From an uncultured Chloroflexia bacterium (GTDB lineage Bacteria; Chloroflexota; Anaerolineae; Anaerolineales; Anaerolineaceae): a DNA stretch of 32,000 nt. A program made the position numbers and the translations under genes. The DNA is taken from positions 780,001-812,000 of the forward strand of contig OY969938.1 of the NCBI GenBank assembly GCA_963704755.1. Reading direction: 5' to 3'. The notes beneath the pieces were generated by a model that saw nothing but the letters and a program-made list of their open reading frames with translations, did no database searches and was not told the origin of the DNA. Of the stretch, positions 9,346-15,503 are shown piece by piece. Within the stretch, counting starts at the first letter, position 1. Every line of letters starts with the position of its first letter.

Positions 9346-9595
9346 GAAGAACCTCCCGCAAAAGAATTGATAGGCCGGCCAACAAAAGGTATTGTATCTT
9401 TCCAGCCTTGATCGGCTAACTCTTTTGGACCGCCCCAATAGACACAAAATTTCATCGAGGATAGCGCCTGAACCGCCAAGAAGACCTTCCATTCGGAAAT
9501 TTTCTGGTTTTCCTTTTGGCTGTCTTCCTGGGGAAAGCTTAATGTCCAGGCTGAACTGCCCCAGCTAATTATAATAGAAATTCACCTCCTGGGGT

Positions 9596-9624
9596 TTGAC
9601 GAAAGTCGCGCTTCAAGGTATATT
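9596..9624 (+). promoter_or_regulatory. Sigma-70-like promoter for rnpB
   Basis: TTGACG (9596-9601) and TATATT (9619-9624) are separated by a 17-nt spacer. The -10 element ends 6 nt before the predicted rnpB 5' end. Confidence 0.5.
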
Positions 9625-9630
9625 CAACCT

Positions 9631-10012
9631 GCCCAGGTCGGCCGGACGGTTGCGGTGCCCTTCGTGGCATCGAGGAAAGTCCGCGCTCCGTAGAGCATGA
9701 TGTCGGGTAACACCCGGGGAGGGGTAACCTTCCGGATCGGGCCACAGAGACATACCGCCGGGTAAACCGGTAAGGGTGAAAAGGTGGTGTAAGAGACCAC
9801 CGGCGACCGTAGTAATACGGCGGCCAGGCAACCCCCATCAGGAGCAAGGCCAAGCAGGGACAAGGAGCTGCTCGTTCCTTTCGAGTCCCGGGTAGGCTGC
9901 ACGAGCCGGCTGGTGACGGCCGGCCTAGATAGATAACCGTCACCTCCACGACCGTCTCCTAATCAGAGATACCCGTGGGGGAACAGAACGCGGCTTACAG
10001 GCTGGCCTGGGC
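9631..10012 (+). ncRNA. rnpB: RNase P RNA, bacterial type A
   Basis: Conserved elements are present: GAGGAAAGTCCG, GGTAAGGGTGAAA, AGCAAGGCCAAG, GGGTAGGCTGC, CCTAGAT and ACAGAACGCGGCTTA. The P1 stem pairs 5' GCCCAGGTCGGCC with 3' GGCTGGCCTGGGC. Ends are approximate to within a few nt. The Arg/Pro-rich minus-strand ORFs at 9569-9949 are artefacts of this RNA gene. Confidence 0.93.
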
Positions 10013-10079
10013 AAAAAATTTCCATTATTTTATTAAAACATCCGCTATAATTGACAAAATCTCCCCAAAGGTATTTGTC

Positions 10080-10703
10080 ATGGACCATTTTGCCCTGCTT
10101 GCCAAAGGCATGATTATTGGCTTCTCTATCGCTGCGCCGGTTGGCCCGGTCGGTATGCTCTGCATCCAGCGCACGCTGGCTTACGGCCGGTTGTCCGGCC
10201 TGTTATCCGGCCTGGGGGCCGCGACCGCCGATATGTTCTACGGGTTGATTGCCGGGTTAGGGTTGACCGTTTTGAGCGGGTTCTTGATGGCCGGCCAGTT
10301 CTGGATCCGCCTGGTCGGAATCGTGTTTCTGATATACCTGGGCGTTAAAGCGCTCATCTCGCGACCTGCCTCTGAGCAAGCTTCCACAGGTAAAACCAGT
10401 CTGTGGGGAGCTTACTTTTCTACCCTCGGTTTGACCTTGACCAACCCGATTACAGTGCTTTCCTTTCTGGGCATCTTATCGGCGGCCGGTGTTGGCATAG
10501 AAAATCCCGGCGCGCTTCTGGTTATCTTCTTTGTGGTGGGGGTATTTACCGGGTCGGCCTTATGGTGGCTGCTGCTCAGCCTGGGCGTCGGCCTATTTCG
10601 GCGGCGCGTCACGCCTAACCAACTGATCTGGGTCAACCGGCTCTCCGGAGTGGTCATTATCGGCTTCAGTGTAGTCATGGCCCTCGGTCTCCTCACTGCT
10701 TGA
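10080..10703 (+). CDS. LysE/ArgO-family amino-acid exporter
   Basis: The start was trimmed to MDHFALLAKGMIIGFSIAAPVGPVG... (ATG 10080). The longer ORF would run into rnpB. The protein has about 6 TMS and the typical LysE N-terminal motif. Confidence 0.8.
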   Translation: MDHFALLAKGMIIGFSIAAPVGPVGMLCIQRTLAYGRLSGLLSGLGAATADMFYGLIAGLGLTVLSGFLMAGQFWIRLVGIVFLIYLGVKALISRPASEQASTGKTSLWGAYFSTLGLTLTNPITVLSFLGILSAAGVGIENPGALLVIFFVVGVFTGSALWWLLLSLGVGLFRRRVTPNQLIWVNRLSGVVIIGFSVVMALGLLTA

Positions 10704-10717
10704 GCAACGCGAAAGCC

Positions 10718-10768
10718 AGGGTGTTTTTAATTTTCGCACGCGCCGCACGTAAAAATCAAAAACACTCT
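10718..10768. repeat. Intergenic hairpin repeat, copy C. It probably also acts as a bidirectional terminator between the convergent genes.
   Basis: AGG-GTGTTTTT-AATTTT-CGCACGCGCCGCACG-TAAAAATC-AAAAACAC-TCT has the same layered architecture as copies A and B. Confidence 0.55.
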
Positions 10769-10867
10769 TTTCTCCTGAAAAGTTGGCGCAAACGGTTATT
10801 TAATACAAGAACCCCAGGACTCCTTTGCAAAGGTCAGCCTGGGGCTTCTTGATGAATATGAGATGGA

Positions 10868-11752
10868 TTACCCTACGTCCTCCATCCCGTCCGTTGTCGT
10901 TTCGATTAGATTCAGAAAAGTATCGACGATGCGTGGATCAAAATCCTTACCAGAGCAGCGCTTTAGCTCTTCGATTGCCTCGTTATAGGATTTGGCAGGC
11001 CGGTAGACCCGATCCACCACCATGGCGCCATAGGCATCCACTACCGCCAGAATTCGCGCACCCAATGGAATTGCTTCACCCCGTAAACCGTAAGGATAAC
11101 CCGAGCCATCGTAACGTTCATGATGGGCCAAAACCAGCTTGGAGACTTCGGATAGGCCGCGAACCATCCGCAGGATTCGCGCACCGATCTCCGGGTGCTG
11201 GCGCATAACCACCCATTCCTTATCGCTCAATGGGCCGGGTTTATGGAGAATTTGATCCGGTATGCCGATCTTCCCGATGTCATGCAAGAGAGCGGCTCTC
11301 CGGATGATTTGAATTTCTTGAAAGGAGCAATTCTGCCTGACAGCCATCAATTCGGTCAGGCGGGTGATCTTGCGGCAATGAGCCCCGGTGGACAAATCGC
11401 GGGCCTCGAGCGCCTTGGAGAGCGCCATGACGATTTCCACGACGCTATCTTCGTCAGTATAGGGCAGTCCTTCACGGTGTAAGGCCGCCGCAGCTTGCTT
11501 GGAGAACAATTGCGCAAGCTGGATTTTCTTTTCAACTTCGACGTAATTTTCAAAGCCGAGCACGAAAATGCCAACCGGCTCAGTATCCAGGCGCATCGGC
11601 ACAATCAACAGGTTGTCCTGCGGACCAGAGCGTAAAGCCAGCCGCTCGTCCACCGAAATGGACTTATCTCCATTTCTGAAGATCGCCACCTGGTCCAGCA
11701 AGATGAACTCGCTGGAGCCATTCCTGCGCTTTAGGGCTATCGTGCAGCCCAC
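10868..11752 (-). CDS. HD-GYP domain c-di-GMP phosphodiesterase-like protein (C-terminal part of a frameshifted GAF-HD-GYP gene)
   Basis: Motifs HDIGK and HHERYDGSGYP are present. The N-terminal roughly 75 aa look like the second half of a GAF domain. The ORF opens with GTG in a frame that overlaps the upstream GAF fragment. Confidence 0.8.
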   Translation of the reverse strand: MGCTIALKRRNGSSEFILLDQVAIFRNGDKSISVDERLALRSGPQDNLLIVPMRLDTEPVGIFVLGFENYVEVEKKIQLAQLFSKQAAAALHREGLPYTDEDSVVEIVMALSKALEARDLSTGAHCRKITRLTELMAVRQNCSFQEIQIIRRAALLHDIGKIGIPDQILHKPGPLSDKEWVVMRQHPEIGARILRMVRGLSEVSKLVLAHHERYDGSGYPYGLRGEAIPLGARILAVVDAYGAMVVDRVYRPAKSYNEAIEELKRCSGKDFDPRIVDTFLNLIETTTDGMEDVG

Positions 11753-12044
11753 CGATCCTTTTGACCGGGCCAGGGCTGCGCCAGTGGAAAGCCACCGGAT
11801 GAAAAAGGCCGTCTGAGCCTAAAACGATAATTTGACAATGCCTGACTTCCAATAATTCGACCGCTTTTACGGCGATTTCGTATAACAAGCTGGACGATCC
11901 TTCCCTTTCCAACCAATGGGCTATCGGATCGCCTTTCTCTACAAGACTTTCAACCAGATTTGCGGTTGAAATCTTATAAGGCTTGTTCAAATCTCCCGTA
12001 TAGCGAATATTACCCGAGATCATTGTGACGTTTCCTTGCTGCAT
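11664..12044 (-). CDS. GAF-domain N-terminal fragment (5' part of the GAF-HD-GYP gene, different frame)
   Basis: The 126-aa ORF contains LLYEIAVKAVELLEVRHCQIIVLGSDGLFHPVAF, which looks like the first helix and strands of a GAF domain. Its tail after about residue 100 overlaps the HD-GYP ORF and looks out of frame. Confidence 0.6.
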   Translation of the reverse strand: MQQGNVTMISGNIRYTGDLNKPYKISTANLVESLVEKGDPIAHWLEREGSSSLLYEIAVKAVELLEVRHCQIIVLGSDGLFHPVAFHWRSPGPVKRIGGLHDSPKAQEWLQRVHLAGPGGDLQKWR

Positions 12045-12154
12045 GATGATCCAACGACGTTATTTGTCAGGCATTACGATGACCGACAATAAGGGAATCA
12101 CCAAACTCCACTAGAAATAAGCTCTGCACGAATTAAACTCCCACCAGACCGTAG

Positions 12155-12439
12155 TCAATCAGCCGCAATGGAGGCTAACCCCCGGGCTGAAGGGACATTG
12201 TTCAATTGCGAAGCAAATTCTGCCAGAGATGTGGCCCGAATATTGGCGAGTCGATTGCGATCTTCGCTATCGAGGTCAAATGCTTCTCCACCAAAACCAG
12301 CAGCGATGGCTTTTGCGGGGTTGGAAAGCAATAATTGGCGGAATTGAACACTGATAACGGCCGCCGTAAGAATACGGCTATATTCCTGAGAGTTCTCAAA
12401 ACGAACCCGTCTTGAAGTTTCGTACATCATAGGTTTCAT
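12155..12439 (-). CDS. Small helical protein of the NHLP / LigA-like clan (RiPP-precursor-like), 94 aa
   Basis: The start was set at MKPMMYETS (ATG 12439), with an AGGAGG SD 7 nt upstream inside the last codons of the preceding gene. The segment ILTAAVISVQFRQLLLSNPAKAIAAGFGGEAFDLDSEDRNRLANIRATSLAEFASQL follows the xxAxxDxxFRxxLLSNPxxAL...LTxEE...L...FA pattern of NHLP-clan / LigA-like proteins. The assignment is by eye only. Confidence 0.6.
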   Translation of the reverse strand: MKPMMYETSRRVRFENSQEYSRILTAAVISVQFRQLLLSNPAKAIAAGFGGEAFDLDSEDRNRLANIRATSLAEFASQLNNVPSARGLASIAAD

Positions 12440-12441
12440 TA

Positions 12442-13029
12442 TTAATCCTCCTGTTTCGATCCGGTGTACACCGGTCCACCGATTGCCCAGAGCAACCAAA
12501 ACGCCCCTAGAGCGACAACAACATCCCCGAAGCTAAAGGCTACCCGATAAGCGTCCAGCGAAGGTGTACGGAATCGATCTGACAAGAAGTAAAGGACTGT
12601 CTTATCGACCGGCAGGACAATATCTTTGCCGATTCCCAACCGCTGCCCAATTGTCCAGAAGCTGGCCGGTACTTCGGGATGGAGCCATTCGACTGTGTCG
12701 GGACTGATGGGCATAAAACCGCCATTCGCCACGATTACAATCAGATTCAAGATCAGGCCCGCACCCAGGAGCCAAAACCCTGGCAGCTTACGATTGAGAA
12801 ATGCGAAGACAAATAATATCGTTTGTGAAAGTACTAAAGAGGTGCTTGCCACCCAATCAGGAACAATATCGCGAGTAATTGGAAGAGAGAAGGCTAGATA
12901 CTGAAGAATTAGAGCGATCAGCACCAGCCAGATACCACGCATCTGGTATGGCTGGTATGGCCTTTTTCCGATTTTTGCCCGAATAAGTCCAGCGGATAAG
13001 CCTGCAATGACGGCGACGACAAGTACCAT
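12442..13029 (-). CDS. DUF5317-like integral membrane protein (5 predicted TM segments)
   Basis: The 195-aa ORF has four N-terminal TM helices ending in ANGGFMP, a soluble loop of about 60 aa, and a final TM helix with FSFGDVVVALG. The resemblance to DUF5317 is from memory and needs an HMM check. Confidence 0.55.
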   Translation of the reverse strand: MVLVVAVIAGLSAGLIRAKIGKRPYQPYQMRGIWLVLIALILQYLAFSLPITRDIVPDWVASTSLVLSQTILFVFAFLNRKLPGFWLLGAGLILNLIVIVANGGFMPISPDTVEWLHPEVPASFWTIGQRLGIGKDIVLPVDKTVLYFLSDRFRTPSLDAYRVAFSFGDVVVALGAFWLLWAIGGPVYTGSKQED

Positions 13030-13049
13030 TTAGAACGAAGAATTATTCG

Positions 13050-13178
13050 TTAGAAACCAAATACAACGCGGATGCAGAAGATGATGCCACCACCAGCTTC
13101 AGGAGCACCGGCGCCGATGACAAAGAGAGCAACGGTCAAAGCGAACAAAGCGACACGGGGGTTCATTAATTTTTTCAT
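13050..13178 (-). CDS. 42-aa hydrophobic peptide (not in the supplied ORF track): MKKLMNPRVALFALTVALFVIGAGAPEAGGGIIFCIRVVFGF
   Basis: The ATG at 13178 is preceded by a GGAG SD 8 nt upstream and an in-frame TGA 15 nt upstream. The TAA stop is at 13050-13052. The next gene starts 20 nt downstream on the same strand. The sequence resembles a signal peptide or TM helix followed by a Gly-rich hinge and a short hydrophobic tail. Confidence 0.5.
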   Translation of the reverse strand: MKKLMNPRVALFALTVALFVIGAGAPEAGGGIIFCIRVVFGF

Positions 13179-13233
13179 TTCAAATTCTCCATTTCACGAT
13201 TTGTTGCGGATAGATTTAGTTTAGCAATAGGTA

Positions 13234-13254
13234 GGCTTCAAAGGTGGCTTCAAA
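13234..13254 (-). promoter_or_regulatory. Tandem direct repeat GGCTTCAAA x2 (12-nt period) upstream of the peptide operon. Candidate activator site.
   Basis: GGCTTCAAA occurs at 13234-13242 and 13246-13254 (TTTGAAGCC on the coding strand), about 56-76 nt upstream of the peptide ATG. Each repeat contains the -35-like TTGAAG. Confidence 0.3.
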
Positions 13255-13484
13255 AACCCGGTTTTGGAGCCATTAACCTTAAAAATTCGCACTTATTGCG
13301 TATATTTTCCTAACCAAATTATTATTAAAAAGGGGATAAAAAGAATTACCGCTTCCCCCCTGGTTGTTTTTCGTCTTTCAGAAATACGCGGGCTAATGAT
13401 TTATCGCCCACCTGGTAAAAAAAAACGAATTTTTACAAACTAACCTGAACTTCTATGGACCATTTGATGCACGCCGGAATGGCC

Positions 13485-15503
13485 TTACTGTCTTGTCAAG
13501 ATCTTATACAGGCTCTGAGTTTGCGCGGATGGCTCGGTACCCAGTTCGTTGACCAATTCCTGGACGCATTTTTCGTACTGCTTCACAACTTCCGCCAGGT
13601 TGCCGATCGAGGCGTTGGCCCGCATGGCTAACCGGTAAAAATTCTCGTTAGCCGGATCGTAAGTCAAACCCTGCTGGACCGCGCTCAATGTATCCAGGAA
13701 TTTTCCATTTTCCATGTGGATTTCACTGATCCGGACCATGGCATCCACATACATTTGGTGCAACCGCTGCCTTTCGGCTAATACCCAATCCTCGTTGAGT
13801 TCCGGCAAGAAGTCGCCATGGTAGAGCGCGGTCGCGTTCAGGTAATGGGTAAGCTGGGTTTCCTGGTTTGGGGCCCTGACCGCATTTTGGAATTCGCGTT
13901 TAAAGGATTCGAAATCCGCCTCGTAATCCATGTTGTGGTTGAAATAATAGGTTTCATCGTCGAAAACGATAACGTCTTTCCCGGCGGCATGACGCAGGCG
14001 GTAAATCGAATTCTTGTACCTCAGTTTCAACTCTGCCGGGGATGAATCCGGCCAGAAGAACATGCCGACTTCTTCCTTGGTTAATCCCTCCGGGTGTAAA
14101 AGTAAAAGCAGCATCAGGTCCCGCGCACTTTGTGCCTTCCACTCCGCCCCGCTGATCACATGATCCCCCAGGGATACCTGTATTTTTCCCAAACTAACAA
14201 TCGAAAGCTCGGGAGGCGTAAGCGGTACGACCTGGGATTGGCGGCGCAGCAGTTTCCGCACTTGCGGTAAATTTTTATTGACTTTGTCGATCATGCCTCT
14301 CAAGGGCTGGATCTTTTCGACGGTCTCTGTAGGGATTTTATCTATTTCGATCAAGTCCACCAGCACCTCGCCTGCCGAGGCAAGCACGTTTTGCAACTCC
14401 CCGCTGGTTACCAACGGGAGCACTATGTTTATCTGATCGTCGGCCTCTTTAATATGATCCAATTGGAAATACGTCGCCGCGACCATAAAGCGGCTGCGCA
14501 CGGCCTCCACATGATGGCCCTCTCCGGTGAAATACTCCATCGCCGGTACTAATTCGGCTAATGCCTGTTCGTAATCTTTGCGGTTGTAGGCCACCCGCCC
14601 GGCCAGCATACCGGTCAAATATTTTTCGTAATCCGAGCCGGCTTCTTGGGCTATTCCGCGGGCAATATCCAGCAATTCCTCGGCCCGGCGGATGTGTCCC
14701 CGCAGCAGCCCCATCTCGCATTCCACTAACATCAGGTAAAACTGTAAGAACTGGTCGTTGATCTGGTGAATGGTCTCGCGTGCCTTCTGGTAGGCTTCAG
14801 TCGCTTCCTTGAAACTGTGGATATCCTTGAACAGGTCTCCCAGGCTGGTCAGCGCGTAAGCTTCCAGCCGGCTGTAACCGCCCATACGGGCGTATTGGAT
14901 GGCCCGCTCCAGTTCGTTCAGCGCAGTTTCATACTCTCCGGATAGGGCATGCAGGACACCTAAATTATTTAATAAATTCGCCTGCCAGACGACGTTGCCG
15001 GTGGATTGGTAGTAAGACAATATTTCGCGATATATCTCTTCTGCCGTGGTGAATTTGCCCAGGTAACGCGAGACCATGGCGATCTCCATGGATACCTTGG
15101 CTACCGAATCTTCATCATTGATTTTTCGGAAGGCATCTTTAGCGCGATTGAGCCAGGCCAGGGCTTCGCTCAAATTACCTAAGAAATTCAAACCCATCCC
15201 CTTGGTGTGATATGCCCCCGCCAGAATCATTTCCATTTCACTGTTTTTACTTGCAATTTCAATCGCGCGATCCGCATCGACGAGTGAAAGGCGATAATCG
15301 CCAAGCATACGGTAAGCGCTTGATCTTCGAACATACGTCAAGGCTTCCAGTAGGCTGTTGGGGAAAATTTTAATAATCCAAGAGCTCGGCCAAAAATCTC
15401 CACTGCTGCTTTCGTGTCCCCCAACATACCTTTTGCCGCTCCCTGCAATGAGACCAGCGCAGGCGATTTTTCGAGAGTGTTTTCGGGGAGCTGTTCCAGC
15501 CAA
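13485..15503 (-). CDS. TPR + OmpR/SARP-type winged-helix + BTAD region (3' part of a frameshifted STAND regulator)
   Basis: Multiple TPR-like repeats are followed by a C-terminal region (LSIVSLGKIQVSLGDHVISGAEWKAQSARDLMLLLLLHPEGLTKEEV...YRLR, then HYLNATALYHGDFLPE...YRLAMRA...AEVVKQYEKCVQELVNELGTEPSAQT) typical of the SARP DNA-binding and BTAD domains. The first roughly 45 codons of the listed ORF are probably out of frame. Confidence 0.75.
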   Translation of the reverse strand: MAGTAPRKHSRKIACAGLIAGSGKRYVGGHESSSGDFWPSSWIIKIFPNSLLEALTYVRRSSAYRMLGDYRLSLVDADRAIEIASKNSEMEMILAGAYHTKGMGLNFLGNLSEALAWLNRAKDAFRKINDEDSVAKVSMEIAMVSRYLGKFTTAEEIYREILSYYQSTGNVVWQANLLNNLGVLHALSGEYETALNELERAIQYARMGGYSRLEAYALTSLGDLFKDIHSFKEATEAYQKARETIHQINDQFLQFYLMLVECEMGLLRGHIRRAEELLDIARGIAQEAGSDYEKYLTGMLAGRVAYNRKDYEQALAELVPAMEYFTGEGHHVEAVRSRFMVAATYFQLDHIKEADDQINIVLPLVTSGELQNVLASAGEVLVDLIEIDKIPTETVEKIQPLRGMIDKVNKNLPQVRKLLRRQSQVVPLTPPELSIVSLGKIQVSLGDHVISGAEWKAQSARDLMLLLLLHPEGLTKEEVGMFFWPDSSPAELKLRYKNSIYRLRHAAGKDVIVFDDETYYFNHNMDYEADFESFKREFQNAVRAPNQETQLTHYLNATALYHGDFLPELNEDWVLAERQRLHQMYVDAMVRISEIHMENGKFLDTLSAVQQGLTYDPANENFYRLAMRANASIGNLAEVVKQYEKCVQELVNELGTEPSAQTQSLYKILTRQ

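Noticed and set aside
9569-9949. Three overlapping minus-strand ORFs (126, 92 and 72 aa) rich in Arg, Pro and Gly.
   Set aside because: They lie entirely within the RNase P RNA gene on the opposite strand and are artefacts of a GC-rich structured RNA.
15360-15371. Programmed -1 ribosomal frameshifting at AAAATTTT in the STAND regulator.
   Set aside because: The sequence does not fit the X_XXY_YYZ slippery pattern in the zero frame, and no downstream pseudoknot or hairpin was seen. Five other genes in the window are also broken at homopolymers, which makes indel error the more economical explanation.
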